NCBI RefSeq assembly: GCF_021028975.2
Contig: NC_059432.1
Coordinates: 72,478,001 to 72,542,000 of the forward strand
DNA length: 64,000 nt
Direction: 5' to 3'
Source of the DNA: Sphaerodactylus townsendi
Taxonomy: Eukaryota
Shown here: positions 37,483-51,081 of the stretch, piece by piece
How the letters are laid out: every line of letters starts with the position of its first letter
Position numbering within the stretch: position 1 is the stretch's first letter
Notes under the pieces: generated by a model
What the model was told of the DNA's origin: nothing
What the model saw: the letters and a program-made list of their open reading frames with translations, nothing else
The model's database searches: none
Program-made: the position numbers and the translations under genes

Positions 37483-37659
37483 GTGGAGGAAGAACGACGG
37501 GCTCATGAGCAAGAGGAGAGTAAAGCAAGTGAAGAGTATATTCAAAATCTGTTAGCAGAAGAAAAAGAACAGCAGAGGCTAGCAGAAGAAATGAAGAAAC
37601 AGATGGCAGAACAATTATTACTAGATGAAAAACTGGCCTGGGAACTGAGTTTGAATTTG
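37483..37659 (+). CDS. RNF168: RNF168 coding exon 3 (UMI/MIU1 region)
   Basis: VEEERRAHEQEESKASEEYIQNLLAEE...DEKLAWELSLNL; tttag| and |gtaagt. Confidence 0.93.
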
Positions 37660-38970
37660 GTAAGTTTGATTCAAGTTAGAGTTAAGTAGTTTCTTGAACT
37701 AGATGTTGCCACCTTAGCAGCTGCATCCCCAATTTAATTTCTCTAAATGCTGCTCTGAATCTTAAAATGAGAAGTGTACTTGATTGCTACTTGTAAGATC
37801 TTGAAGCAGTATTTATGCTGTATATAAAATACTCGGTAAACGTTCAAAATAAGCATTTGATTTGTTCACCACATATTTCATAGTAGTGCCTCTTTCCACC
37901 ATTTAATCTAGCAGGTTTAAGTTATGAACACTCTTATTTGAAGGTTCAAAATGATGAACATAGTTCCATTCATTGTAGTGGCCTTAGATTGGAGAAATTA
38001 TGTATAGGATTGTACTGTTAATCCCATAGCTAGGCCTGAAACCAAACTGGAAATGATGCAAACAGTTTGCTTCATCCAGGAATCCTTGGAGCTGCTTAGC
38101 CCCTTGTTGTGGTGAATCACTTTGCCTAAGAATGGTACATTTGAGATTAGACTATATTAATTCTTCTTGATGCAGAGTAGATTTGTTAGGAATGGGTGCA
38201 CCACTGCCTATTTCAAGGTAGGAGCAACCACCCCTGGCTCAAGGAAGTATTTATTTCTGCCTATCCACAAGTGCCCCTTCCTAGCATATTTAAGGAACCA
38301 GGCAAGGATCATTCAAACAGTTGGTAGGTATTAAACATCAAAGAATCCTGCCCATGTCCTGAAACTGAAGAATCTGAAAGGTTTTCTATACAATTTGACA
38401 AGCCAGAATCCTGGCACCATCTGATCCTTTTACTGCTAATATAGCATCCAGATTACTATGAATATGAATGGGAGATTGTTCAGCATGTATCTATATGAGA
38501 TATTCAGGTCTTGTGAGATTTGCTGGAACCACTGAGAAATGGTTCTAGAGCAGAAAAGTAACATTTGTTGGCCAGGTCAGAAAAGACTCTGAGCGTTCCA
38601 TGAATGTAGCTTTTAAGTGGGTTTCCCCCCCAATTGTCAGGTAAACTGGGTCTCAGTTTTTATTGGGACTGCATTGTGAGGGTAGCTTAAACCTTCCCCA
38701 CAGTGCAGTTTTTTCCAACCTAAAACCACTCTGAAATGACTTGTCTCATGGAGGTTACATAAGCACAGAATCTTGGTTTTATTTTTTTTAATAGTGGAAA
38801 TGGTCCTGTGAAATTTTTCACATTGCCAGTGACAGTAGCTGAAAGCTAGTTTTAGCAAGCTGTCACTAATCAAACTTCAGGTATTGGCAAGATGCAAAAA
38901 GATAAGATAAGCCATCAAGCTTTTAAAAAATATTGACTGAATTTACTAGTAATGTTGCTTTGGGAAGGTA

Positions 38971-39090
38971 GAAGAGAAGAGGAAGAGTTTGGATGTATAT
39001 CCCCCCTTTCTCTCCTGCAGGATACTCAAAGGGACTTACAGTCTCCTTGCCCTTCTCCCCTCACAACAAACACCCTGTGAGGTAGGTGGG
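38971..39090 (-). mobile_element. Squam3-like SINE 3' fragment
   Basis: Near-identical to the tail part of 22712-22830. Confidence 0.8.
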
Positions 39091-39442
39091 GTATTTAATG
39101 TTGATATGAAAATAGCAGGGAGGAGAGTTATAGGTCATGGTGTAGTTTCAGAAATGGAAAAAATTTAATGTCAGAATTAAGACAAAAACTTCTTTCATGG
39201 CTCTTACAACATCATTGTTTGGAATGTGATCAATATTCATGAGAAGAGGCCTGTTTTGCAAGTTTGTCTTCAATTCGAGGTAATAAAATGGGCAAACAAA
39301 AAAAATTCCACCCAAAATGAATTTTAAAAATACTTTAACTGTTTTCTTCTTTGATCGGTATGACAGTACTTAATGGAATATGTAATGAACTGGATAAAAA
39401 CATATTTCTTTTCTTCTCCCCCCCTTTTTTTTATAATTAAAG

Positions 39443-39552
39443 AGCAGCTCTGGTGTGGAGAATACACACAGCAGTTTATCACCTGGCCCATCTCCCTTAA
39501 ATTCCTGCAAATTACCGAAGAGAAAATCAAGTGGTTCTGAAGACATTAAAAA
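39443..39552 (+). CDS. RNF168: RNF168 coding exon 4
   Basis: Polypyrimidine tract plus aag|, open frame SSSGVEN...SEDIKK, |gtaagt donor, phase 0/2. Confidence 0.82.
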
Positions 39553-40824
39553 GTAAGTCAAATCCAGTGTTATGAATTCCTATCAGGATTTAATAGTACA
39601 CTAGTCCACCGCATATATTGTATGGGGAGAGAAAGTTTGTGTATAACGTTTGTGTAGAAACTTTGTAATATAGTTCTAGTTTGGCAGTATTGTGCTGATA
39701 TTTTACAAATTGGTGTATCATACCTTACATAGCAGCTAATGAGTTTTCTCATTTTAAACCTACATTTTAGCCTGGAGTAAAAAAATTAAATACAGTTTTC
39801 TTGTTCTGATTTAGTAAACGTAAGAATAACAGTAATGATCAAGGTGCTGGATATTTATAATTGTCTTGGTAGCTGAGAAATCAGTTCCTCTTACAGTGCA
39901 GAAAAGCAATACAAGCATGCTAATTTGGTTTAATATCAGTTGTGCACAGTCTTCTTTCTGTAAAAAGTGGTGCTCCCTTGCTCACAACTTTATTTTGCAA
40001 TATTTTAATACTTCTGACATTGCAGTTCTTCCCTCTTTTTAATACAAATGGATTGAATTCCACTGAGGATTTTTGCAGACAGAACAGTTGTTGCCAATTT
40101 CCCTTTCTCCCAATTTCCCTTTTTCCCAAATCCCATGTGATTCCTGAGAGGACCCCTTTGTTTTGTAAGCAGCATAGGAAGGATTTGGAGCTGCACTGAA
40201 AAAGGCAAAGTTTTGCACTGCATAGAAACCCTTTTGATCCTCAGAAATGCTCCATGGGATCTAAGCCCATATCTTGAGTACAGTATTGTAATCTGTCCAT
40301 TTCTACAGATTCCATCAACTGTGTCTCGGTTTCTTGTTGCACTTTTGTGGAAGGATTCTGCATTTGCACACAGAAACTGTTGAGTCAGTGATCTTAGTAA
40401 AACTTGTGGCACCTTGAAGATTAGCAGACCTATAACATAAATTTTATAGGTGAGAATATTCATATCAGATGCATGACATGGTTTCCAAAGTGGATGCACA
40501 TGTAGAAGTTTAAAACAGAGGAAAAAACTTGTATGTTTGAGGGGGCTTGATTGTTTTTGCAAAATGCCACTCAAAAGGTAAAGAGGTGTGAGAATAGTGT
40601 GCAAGTTATGAATTCACTTGATTGGCTACATAGACCAAATCAGAACTAAAGTTAAAATGTATATCAAATAACTCTACATGTCAGAGCCTCGCCTCGCCAC
40701 TTCCATCAGAAAAGAAGCTTACTGTGCTTAAAAACAAGAGACCAAGTTAAAAGCTATGCTGTTGCCAACATGTATAACCAGACTTTTAAAAAAACATACA
40801 CTTGTCCTTTTTTTTCTCTTCAAG

Positions 40825-40912
40825 GTATTTGTCTCCAAAATCCTGTAGTTCTTTACCTCCAATGATACTCTTCAACCAATTAGAGGAAGAAAGCCGTGGT
40901 TCCTTCTCTAGG
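40825..40912 (+). CDS. RNF168: RNF168 coding exon 5
   Basis: ttctcttcaag|G, YLSPKS...GSFSR, |gtaatc, phase 2/0. Confidence 0.85.
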
Positions 40913-41534
40913 GTAATCCATACTTCTCTAGATTCCTGTATCACAGAGGTGCACAGTGTACCTGTAGACACCATGGTACCCACTGACACTTTTCCTGGTG
41001 CCTGCCAAGTGTTTTCAGCAAATAGATTGGGCCAGGTGGGGATTTTGCTCAGCAAGGCTTCTGATTGGTTATACAGGTTTTTAAAACATTGCTTTTGGCA
41101 AGTTAGCCGCCACCATTGTTAATGAGAAGCTGCACTACATGTGACTGAAGCAGCCAGGTTTCCATCTTCATGGTTACATTCTGCCTCCTGCAGGAGCTAT
41201 TTTGTGTTCGTACATAATACGTTGTATCAGAATTCTAACTACCTGCATACCTAAAAAAATGGGGGATGCCCTCTGTATCATATACAATATTAGTAGTTTA
41301 GTATTTTCATATTTATGTAGCTCGAGTACATGTAATACCAGTGATTATTTCCAAACCTGTGCTTTTAAATTTTGAATCCAAGTTGTTGTGCTGTGAATGC
41401 CTACTAGTTAATTTGTCATATACTTCCATAGTCCGTGCACCAACAGGAATTTCCATTCTTGTTTCATTGCTTAAAAATTAGTGCACAGAGAGTCTGATAA
41501 GGAAAAATAATTTATACCGTGTCTAACTTTTCAG

Positions 41535-42572
41535 GAAAGCAGCAGTACTAAAAACAGTTTTATATGCGAAGAAGAGAGAGAAGATGAGATGCCCACACTG
41601 ACTCCACAAATGTTGGTCAAGGAGAGAGACAAGGATTCTTTTTTAGAGCCATTAATGCCACAATTAAATATATGTACTAAAGATGAAACGTCTCCACTCA
41701 GCTTGGATCTGACATGCCGTTCTACTTATCAGGGAAATGAACTTGCCAATACATTTTGTAGTGTCGCTTGCAAAGATGACTCTGAGCCAATGGGTACTTT
41801 GTCAAAGAGAGAGGCATCTGTTTCTGACCTTGAAAACGACAAGAGTGTAGGAAACACAGGCTTAATAATACATTCAAAAGTTGGAACACTTAAAAAAACA
41901 CTAAGTTCTGTTATGTCTGGTAACCAGCAGAATAGTGGAAAAGCACACTGTAGCTTAGAGGTCGAAAATAACTCAGCTGGAAATATAAACTCCAGCAGAT
42001 CTCTGATTGAAATCTCTTTAGCAAAGAGAAAATCTCAAGAATCATCCCCTGAAGCAGCAGTCAGTCCACACTTGAGAAATAAAAGGAGAAAAACTTTCTC
42101 TCAAACTGCTGAGGAGGATGAAGAAGAGGTGAATGGCATACAACAGCAGATGAACTTGGAACAGCAATTTTATGAAAGGCTTAAGCAAGAACAGCAGGAC
42201 AGACTTCTGGCTCTGCAGCTTCAGAAGAAAATGGACAAAGAAGAAAAGATGATGAATCGCAAAAAAGGCTCTCCAGATGAGTACCACTTGCGCCCCCAAA
42301 CATCTCAGTCTGAATGTGCCTCTCCAGTTTCTTGCAAGCAGGGCGCACAGCCTCCAAGCAAGAAGACTGAAGCAAACCGAAGCAAACATCACAGAAGTTC
42401 CCAAAATGAGAACAGTAAACCTTCTAATAAACGTCAGCCAAAGTCACCTGGTATAAAAAGAGGGAAAAGTTTGAATTGTGTACTCAAAAGTTCAGACTCT
42501 AAGGAGCCAGAATTGCTGCCAACCAAGCAAAAAACTATTCTTCAGATGTTGAAGAGGTCTGCCAGAAAGTAG
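41535..42572 (+). CDS. RNF168: RNF168 last coding exon (MIU2, LRM, C-terminal motif)
   Basis: ttttcag|GAA; MPTLTPQ, QEQQDRLLALQLQK (MIU2), RKKGSPDEYHLR, KQKTILQMLKR. Total protein 596 aa. Confidence 0.94.
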   Translation, partial: ESSSTKNSFICEEEREDEMPTLTPQMLVKERDKDSFLEPLMPQLNICTKDETSPLSLDLTCRSTYQGNELANTFCSVACKDDSEPMGTLSKREASVSDLENDKSVGNTGLIIHSKVGTLKKTLSSVMSGNQQNSGKAHCSLEVENNSAGNINSSRSLIEISLAKRKSQESSPEAAVSPHLRNKRRKTFSQTAEEDEEEVNGIQQQMNLEQQFYERLKQEQQDRLLALQLQKKMDKEEKMMNRKKGSPDEYHLRPQTSQSECASPVSCKQGAQPPSKKTEANRSKHHRSSQNENSKPSNKRQPKSPGIKRGKSLNCVLKSSDSKEPELLPTKQKTILQMLKRSARK

Positions 42573-43852
42573 AGGAAATGTGAAGATTACGCATTGGGGG
42601 GAATGAATTCTCTGTTTAAAAGCTAATTGGGTTGAACAATTATTTGTGGATGGATTGAGCACTTTCAAAACTAACACTTATTGGCTGGGAGCCAACAATG
42701 CCTGGGTTTTTTAATGCCTGTTTTCTTTTGCTGCCTTTTGTGTTATCAATCTACTTTAACTCACAAGCATGGAAACATGTTGTTTGGAATGTCAGGAAAC
42801 CAGAAGTTGTAGTATCTGTGTTGGTTCTGTTGTATCTTAGAATAAATGACCAAAGCAGCTTCTGATTCTCTCTTCTCCCCATCCTCTTGTTGTTCCTGTT
42901 AGTTTCCAGCTTAAACAGGTTTTTCCAATTCTTTAAAATAAAAAGCACCTTAAAATATAATACATTACAATGGCTTTGAAATCTTCTGGGGAAATTCACT
43001 ACAAATGGATTTTTTATTATTCTGTCAGAAAATTAAACTGTTGCTGCATTTTGAGGTAATGTCTGGTTGCCAAAGCCAGCAGAAAAACACAGCTGAAATG
43101 TTTAGATTTTGTTTCTCAGTACAGTGGTGAGAATGTTGTATCTATAATGTTAGCTTCTCAGATAACCAAGTAACTCACTGTTAGTATTTCTATTTTTGAT
43201 GCACATGTCCTTTCACACAGGCCATGATTAAAAATTTCCATTCTAGAAAGAAGTACAGCATTCACTTTACACATTGAACAATGTATGTAAAATGTCAGTG
43301 TTATACAGAGGTATGTAATTGGAATCCTGTGGATCATCTTCTTTGTGTCAATATCCTTTTTCTGCACTTAGAGCATAACATGGGGATTAAGTAACCCAGT
43401 TGTGGATATTTAAGTTCCCTGGTAAGAAGCAAATGCCCATATATTTAACACTTGCACGGAGAAAACACTCTTAAGATAGTTGCAACCATCTGTTTCTATC
43501 ATTTGTTTTGCTCCAGAAAGATACCACAGTTTTACCATGTCATTCTGCCAAAACTTTTTTGTGAAACCCAAGTTCTTGGAGTTCTGTTTTAGTCGTATCA
43601 ACTCGGGAACTATAAATGGTCTGGCAATTTTAAAAAATCTTATTTTGTAGTTTGATGCTGACAAGGAAACTGCACAGAGGATTACAAGGTTTTGTTGTCC
43701 TCATTGCAGCCCATGCTTTACTTTCTCTTTCATATTTTTTCTCCTGCTCTAGTTTCTTTTTCAGTTTAGAAGAGTCTAGTCCATGCTGCAACAGACTACA
43801 GACTCCCTAATGGGGCAGACTTCTAAACACCAGCAGTGAAATAAACTATAAC

Positions 43853-44288
43853 ACAACCCCATCCAAAGGTCTGTGGGGGACGGACGGACATGAATTCACC
43901 ACTGAGAGTGGTGTGGGGTCATACTGGCAGATTTGCCGTCCACAGGGCATTTGTCTTGGCAGAGGAGTGGATCTGCTGGCGGAGGCCACTGCAGCCCCCC
44001 TATCAGTGAAACATGGCACTGGACACTGAGCCAGAGTTCCTGCATCTCAGCTGCTGCTATCCGTTGGCTTCCACTTGGCCATTGCCCTTGCTGCACTGGT
44101 GGCTGGGGCTTTGAACTTCCATCCTCTTTTCATTGGCATAAGTTCATTAAGCCCAATGGGGGCTTTCTTGCAACAGGTAGGGGTTTTTTTGTGCTCTGTG
44201 CCTCCCCATACTGCCGGAAAGCCCCCTTGGGAACAGTGGGGTGCTGCGGTTGCTGCGTCTGGGTGCTCAACGTTTTGGATGGGGTTGT
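43853..44288. mobile_element. ~435-bp TIR element
   Basis: 15-bp TIR acaaccccatccaaa / tttggatggggttgt around a GC-rich body. Confidence 0.65.
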
Positions 44289-44977
44289 TAATCTGCTTGC
44301 ACTAAGATATATAATTGTCCTGAGTATTCTTTACTGTTTGGAGAAATTGCCCAGTCTGCCTAATGGATAAAGGTATTCTTGGCTTGAAAGTCATTGGTTT
44401 TCAATAGAAATCAATAGAACAAAATAATTGATAGAATAAAATCGATAGAACAAAATAATACTAACTCCAGGATGTCTCCAAAGGAGAAACAAAGTGATGA
44501 AATACATTTTATATATAGACTTGCTTTAGCATTCCCTTATGAGCACAGTATCTTCCATCTACACTTGTGGATTATCTGGAAGAAAACATCCTAAAACCAT
44601 ATTATCAGGCTGACGATTTCCTGAATTGCTTCAAATTTTCTGTTTTTACAATCTTTGTTTAACCAGCAATCCTTTTAAAATAACCATGAAAGACTTGAGC
44701 ATGTTGCCACATGTACTACATAGTTGATTTTTTATGCAATGGTGGTAATGTCTGGTGGTTGGGGTTTAAGACTTACAGATTTGTAGTTGAGGGAATACCT
44801 GACAGTTGTAGTGTTGGAACATGCGTATGGGTGTGTTATGTCAGATTCATGGCCCTTCTAATTGTTTAATGCAGGTGAACATAAGTGGAGATATATTTAA
44901 ACGATATAGTTGTCAGTGTGAGAACATGCTGGATGCCCAAGTACATATTTTCATTGAGTCTGTGTAAGTCAAACACT

Positions 44978-45104
44978 AATTGTCGAAGGCTTTCACGGCC
45001 GGAATCACTGGGGTGCTGTGTAGTTTCCGGGCTGTATGGACGTGTTCTAGCAGCATTCTCTACGGACGTTTCGCCTGCATTTGTGGCTGGCATCTTCAGA
45101 GGTG
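44978..45104 (-). mobile_element. Penelope-like pLTR fragment with hammerhead motif
   Basis: Reverse complement of the 12975-13100 family. Confidence 0.8.
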
Positions 45105-46429
45105 CGGACATTATACCCCAGACAAGGTTGTCTATATGTTGTTGAAATAGTAATCAGAGATAACCACTAGCCACAGTTCCAGCTCTCCTCAAAAAGTGTA
45201 CCCATCATACTCTAGTAGTTACTGCTACAAGGAAATGCCAGAACTGTTTTGAAATAAGGACCAGAATTGTAAGCACTGGAGCGATGCTTGTTGGTCTAGT
45301 TCAGATTTCCCTTAACAAAACGTTTTATGTAGTATATATGCTTTTTTTCTCCCCAAAGGTGACCCAAAGTAGGTTCCACCATTTTATCCTGACAACAACT
45401 CTCTGAGGTAGGTTTATGTAGAATATGTACATTCTGCCTTTCCTTTGTGTCTCAGGGCAGAGAAACACTGACTGACCTGAAGTAACACAGCATGCTCCCA
45501 TGTCAGAATGGAGATTCAAACCGCAGGTTGTTGTCCATCATTAACCACTGTACTATAATTCTTTTGGAAAACCCTTTACAATTTTCTGTTTACCTGGGTT
45601 ATCCCAGCTCAGCTAAAGGGCCAGTATAAGTTATTTTAAAGATTTATACAGAGATGCCTATTGGTTTCAGATCTAGCAGTCACTGACAATTTCCTATGTG
45701 ATATTCTGATGGTAAACAAAACCTTCAGACACTGTATATTTACACATGGTTACTTACAATAATTCGTGAAATTCCAATATTTAGCTTTTGCCAACTCACA
45801 AGTGGGTCAAAATTGTGGGATTATTTTTTAATTTTGCTAACATGTTGGGGAAGTACACTGAAGCTACCTGAATGAGAGATCATTGTGTGAAATTGAAGTT
45901 GAGTGTGTTCTAAGTGTTGGTGCTTTTTTTGTTAGGAGAAAGGCTTTTCTCAGTATTTAAATAAGATCGCACTATTCCTTGACTGAACCTCACTGCTATT
46001 TTGCAGTAAAAAAAACCCCAAACCTCTGGTGACACCTTAGAAGCCTAACAACGTTTATTCCAGGGAAAATCCCAATGCACACTTTTGTGAGACTGCTTTT
46101 CTTGATAAAGTTGTCACACCAAAGCTTATGCCAGGGTAAGTGTTGTTATTGTCGACAGCTTGTTAGTCTTCAGTAAGTCCACTGATCTGTTTTGCTTTGA
46201 CACGGTACAGTACAGTAACATGGCTACCCAGTCTTTGTAGTCTACCAAGAGCAGCGGCAATTTCAGAAACTTTAACCATATCGATCTGTTGGCAACAGAT
46301 GCTCTAACTGCTCGTTCGGTGATGGTCCCTGTTTTGATCCTGCGTTTGGTTGACTTGGTTCATACGATGTTGCAAAGGACGACTGTATACAGTCCTACAA
46401 AGCCAGGCTGAGAACTCTCTCCCAACTTT

Positions 46430-47050
46430 CGTTTCGGTTTTTCATTCCCAGTGTGGAGCAGAAGGGCCGCTCTTTAACGCCTCTTTCAGATCCATAATGT
46501 GAGATTCGGCAGTGAACAGCCTGCGATGCAGTGGGAGAGCCGCTTCCTTTCATCCCTCAGGTTCCTTGTCCATCTCTCGTCCCTTGAGAGGCTTTCGCCT
46601 GTCAAAAACTCCACCTGCCTCTAGGGGGCCTCAGCTACGACAACAGGTTCTCTCTCTAATTGAAGGCGAGCGAAAGGAAACGGGTGCGGTGGCGCTGCGC
46701 CTGCGCACTGGACCGGCAGGTGGCGGGTGTCGTTCGGTGGTAGTGGCGGCAAGATGGCGGCGCCCGGGGGCTCCGCTGCCTCCTCGGCGCTGAAGGGGTT
46801 AATCCAGCAATTTACCGCCATCACGGGTGAGGCGCGCGGAAGCCCGGAATAAACCCAGAACACCTGAGGCTGCTTCGGCCGCGGGGTGGGATGTAAAACT
46901 GGGGGGAAGAGCAATGGGGGAGTTGGCGGGAGGCAGCAAAGGAGAACTCCAGTAGCAGCAGGGGGTGGGTGGGTGGGTAGCATTGAGGTGGGGGGTCCGT
47001 AGAAAAGGAGTTGCTGTGAGCAGAGCGCCGACGTGGAGTCCGAGAAAGCG
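46430..47050 (+). promoter_or_regulatory. UBXN7 CpG-island promoter
   Basis: CpG-rich; NRF1-like tgcgcctgcgca 46696-46707; CTCF-like ccggcaggtggcg 46713-46725 and gcctctagggggcc ~46617; YY1 aagatggcggc overlapping the ATG. Confidence 0.75.
46754..46826 (+). CDS. UBXN7: UBXN7 exon 1
   Basis: MAAPGGSAASSALKGLIQQFTAIT; donor G|gtgagg; 73 nt. Confidence 0.95.
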
Positions 47051-47535
47051 GCTCCTGGACACCTGGCTAGGGGAGATGTGCTGGGCAAGGAGGAGTTCTG
47101 GGGAAATTCCTTTGTGGAGGACGGAGAAGACTGGGGTGGGAGCGCCTCTGTGTCGGGTGGAGCACAGCCTACAGGAATTCAGTGTGAGCATCTCCAGAAG
47201 GGCCTTCATTGTTGCCTCTGCTGTTGTGATGCAGGAGATGGGTCACTGGAGATGCCTGTCTGTTTCTTCCCTGATCCCTGTGTAAGAAAAAATCCTCCCA
47301 CAGCCTTCTTTGTTGTTGCTTTTTGTAGTGTGAACGAAACGTAGGATAACTTTTGGAATTACTAGTATGTAGATCAGCACTTCACTTCTTTAAAAGTCTG
47401 CATAGGTATTATTGGTGTGAGGTGTACTTAGGGGTATCATCTCTGGGTTGGGAAATTCCTGGAGATTGGGATTGGAGCCTGGAGATGGTGTACTTGGGGA
47501 GGGTGAGGTGTCATCGAAGTGTAATTCCATACAGC

Positions 47536-47660
47536 CAGTGGTGAGATTCCGCAGGTTTGCAGAACCAGTTGTTAAAATGGTGCTTGTAAACAAACAGTTG
47601 TTAAATTATTTGAATTCCACCACCGGAACTGGTTGTTAAATCATTTGAATCCCACCACTT
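47536..47660. mobile_element. hAT MITE nested in an older repeat
   Basis: TIR cagtggtgagattc / gaatcccaccactt, 8-bp TSD catacagc. Confidence 0.8.
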
Positions 47661-48249
47661 CATACAGCCCACCCATCAAAGCAGCCATTTTTTCCAGGTA
47701 AACTGATTTCTTTGATCCAGAGATCTCTAGGTACAGTTTTCAAAAGCAGGAGGTAATCCTGAATTGGGGACCTGGTTTAAATTGCAAGTGTGTTACCACG
47801 GTGTAGTCCACATAGTGTGCATAAATAATGGTGGGGACCTGCATCAATAAATTTGGAAAACTTTAAAAAAATTAATAAGGCCTAATTCATCCATTAACAG
47901 TGCAGTATGGTAACTGTCAAAAGACTACTTCTGTTTGGACACTGTGTCCACATCAGTAATATGTGGATTTATGGCTATTAGTGCTGAGATGTAAAATAAT
48001 CATGTGAGTAAGATGTGTCATCCACCTGAGACATCCAGATGCACTGATGTGAGATAGATGCTGAAGGTGGAGAAATGTCTTCTTCCTGGTAATGCTTGAA
48101 CTATGACTAGGTGTAGTGGCTATCACCCCATCTTGTGGAAATAAATGTAATGCACTCATTATACATTGCATGAAGCAGCATTACTGATTGTTATTTCCTG
48201 AACTTACTACCAGTCAATTTCACCAGTTGATTTCCTTGGATTACCGTCC

Positions 48250-49000
48250 ATGATATTTTTTGAGACAATTTTTGCTCTGGACCGGTGCAAGGGGCGTTGA
48301 CTGTGAGGCATGAGGTGTGGACTTAGGACAGGGAGGCAGGCACAGTTGGTGAGAGTAGTGCGGCACAGAGGATGCACTTTGGTCTGACAGGCTCTCACAT
48401 GGCATAGTGGTTAAGAATTCACCAAGGAGCCACCCCTTCCCTTCTGCCACTGGTCCAGGAGCTGTTTGAGAGTTGAAGTGGTGAATGTCTGAGCATCATG
48501 GACACTTCTGGGGAATTTTGCCATAAGGTTGGTGAATATGCGATGGTGGTCACAGAATGCCTGCATATTGATGCTATAGAGCCGGCACCAGTTCCTGTGC
48601 ACCTGGGGCTCCTTGTGAAGGGCTGTCAGGGTTATGTGGGTGCAGTCCAGCACCAGCCACATTGGGGAAGTCACAGGTGGCAGCAAATCCTTCTCGTATG
48701 GGGGCCAGCTCTCCCCACCCCTGGTTGGGAAACACACATAACTGTGAAGGTTGGCAAGCATGGTTTTGAGGAACCCATGCAGGCAGCTGCAGGCGGAGGA
48801 TTGTGAGACTTCCAGGACCTCTGCATTCGCCCCTTGGAAGGTTCCCATTGCCAAAACCCACAGGGACAGGAGGACTCTCTGGAGCACCCAGATGGTGTGC
48901 AATGCTGCCCCCTTTCCCCGGAGGTGGCGGCTGACTTGTTGCATGTCCCCTTGTGGTGGCTGTGTCTAATTGGAACCGGTCCATGCAGGTGCTGTCCAAC
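48250..49000 (-). pseudogene. Decayed PIF/Harbinger (HARBI1-like, DDE_Tnp_4) transposase in UBXN7 intron 1
   Basis: LAMGTFQ...VSQSSA (HTH-like), LDCTHI, YSINMQAFCD, FPRSVHDA and, after a frameshift, WLLG: characteristic Harbinger motifs. Confidence 0.85.
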
Positions 49001-51081
49001 AGACAAAGGATGATCTTCTCCTGGTACCTGCGAGCACTGCTACTTCTCCGCTGGATGCCATCCCAAACACACAGGCTGGCAGGAGGTGGATGCGATGGAC
49101 AGTCAAGTCATTAAATGATGGACATAGGGAGCATGCCACAAGAGTAGCTGACATACTTGTACAGGCAAGGGAAATGGGTATTCGACCTTAGCTTCCAGAT
49201 CTGGGCAGCCCTGAGGCCGTTTCCAACTTTTTCACCTGATCGCATTGACCCCTACCTTCTGTTGTGGCTTCTGGGATCTCCCAAGACCTTCCTGCCAATC
49301 AGTGGTCACAGCCATGGTGGCCTTGCAGGTAGGGTGGAAACAGTGTGGGCAGGAGGATTTGACACAGTCTTCTGGCCAACCCCCACATTTCTTTGTGACT
49401 GACAGCTAAGGCTGTAGCCTTGCAACTAGACATCAAGTTGCATAGCCAGCTGAACTGGACAGATGCAGAGAAGGTGCTGTTGTTTGGCTAGTGATGGACA
49501 AGGCTAGTGTTGCCCCAACCATGGACAGGCAAGTCAGTGCCATGACCCGTTGGCATGATTTGTAATGAACATCTGCTAAGCAGATGTGATCACTGTGCCC
49601 CGCTTGATGGGCAGCGGCATCCTGCGTGAAGCACTGGAACAAGTCCTTCTGCTAGACCAGGAAGAGGGTGTGGAGTCTGATGGCCGCAGGGACATCCTGT
49701 GAGCAAGTCCTCGGAGGTGATTTGGCTGGACCCAAGCCTGACATGCAGAGCATCATCCCCGCCATGGTGCTTGGCAGATGTTTTGTCGGGATCTGGAGAG
49801 CCGCAGGTTACAGACCCTTGAACTATTAGAACCTGTTGTACTTAGATCGTGGGAGCTCCTTGTATTCAGTACTCTTTCACGTCAGCCAACTAATTTCTCT
49901 CTGAAAGTAGACAGGTGTCTTAATGGGGTGATCTTTTTACGGAAAGCAGGAGCTAAAAATGGGGCAGCTAAAGGAGAAATATAGTATTGAGAAATATTAC
50001 ACATTGTTTAATCACCCTGCTTTTAATTGGTCTGGGTTGTTTCAGTTCTTAATGCTGAAGCAACTGTACCCTCAGGAGGGTTGTGTTCCCTTGAAAAATA
50101 GTGTTAGATAAATAGAGTTCTTAAGGGATCGTAATGTTATTGAACATTTCCCTTTATCCAAACAAGGCATCTGTGTCCTGTAGTGGGCTGGGGGAACAAA
50201 CTGATATTACTGATGTTGTATTGGATGTAGTTTCCTAAATTTCTTTTAATATTAGGGAATTTGCATACATTTCATTGGGGATAGAATACCTATAATAATA
50301 TTTCATAATATTACATAATTAAACATCATTCTGGTATTACTAGTTACTACTTTGTTAGTCCTGAAGGGTTTATTTGGAAAGGGTGCAGGAGGGATGTGGC
50401 AGTGTATTTTCTAGCTGCAAAAATTTGTAGAAGACCAAAGAAAAAGCCATTTCAAATCCCATGTTCCTGTGGATTTTATATTAACACATTTGAATCAAAT
50501 TTAAGCCGGGTTTCTCAACATTTCAGTGAATTCCTCTTGTTTAAAATAACATTTTGAAATGTTGTAATTTAAACCTTTTTGTGCAACTTTTGTAAAGTCA
50601 ATTCAGTTCCACAGAAAGTGGTTTAAAGGTCTAGATATAATTCCTGGTGCATAATATGATGAGGTTTCTTCAGAAAGTCATATTTCTGCCTGCCCTATTT
50701 ATCTGTCTTCTCTTCTCTGTGAACTCCGGTCTATCTCCTCCCACACTCCCTTTTTCCTTGGTGTCTTCTTTGCCCATCTGCAAATTTAAATGTTTTCTTG
50801 TGATGACACATTTTAAGAATAATGTGTTTTTAAATGCCACCACGTATACGTTTAGCCTCATTGTAGAACATGTTTGATGCTTGGACCTGTGGAATGCCAA
50901 CTGTGGAACAGCCCAGATATGTCAGGGGCATGAGACAATCCAAACTAGACAATATAACTGCAAGTATAAGTGCAATTACTTGGAAGCAAATCCTGTTAAG
51001 TCAGGGGGACATTGTGAAGTGTGATTTTAATTGGTTATTCATGGTGAAACTTCTGAAACATGTTTAAGTATCAATGTTGAA

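Noticed and set aside
42042-42677. Antisense ORFs over the RNF168 last exon (similarly over NRROS)
   Set aside because: Shadow ORFs of real coding exons with no independent evidence.
48411-48944. Functional domesticated HARBI1 gene
   Set aside because: Frameshifts around catalytic motifs and degenerate residues indicate a decayed transposon.
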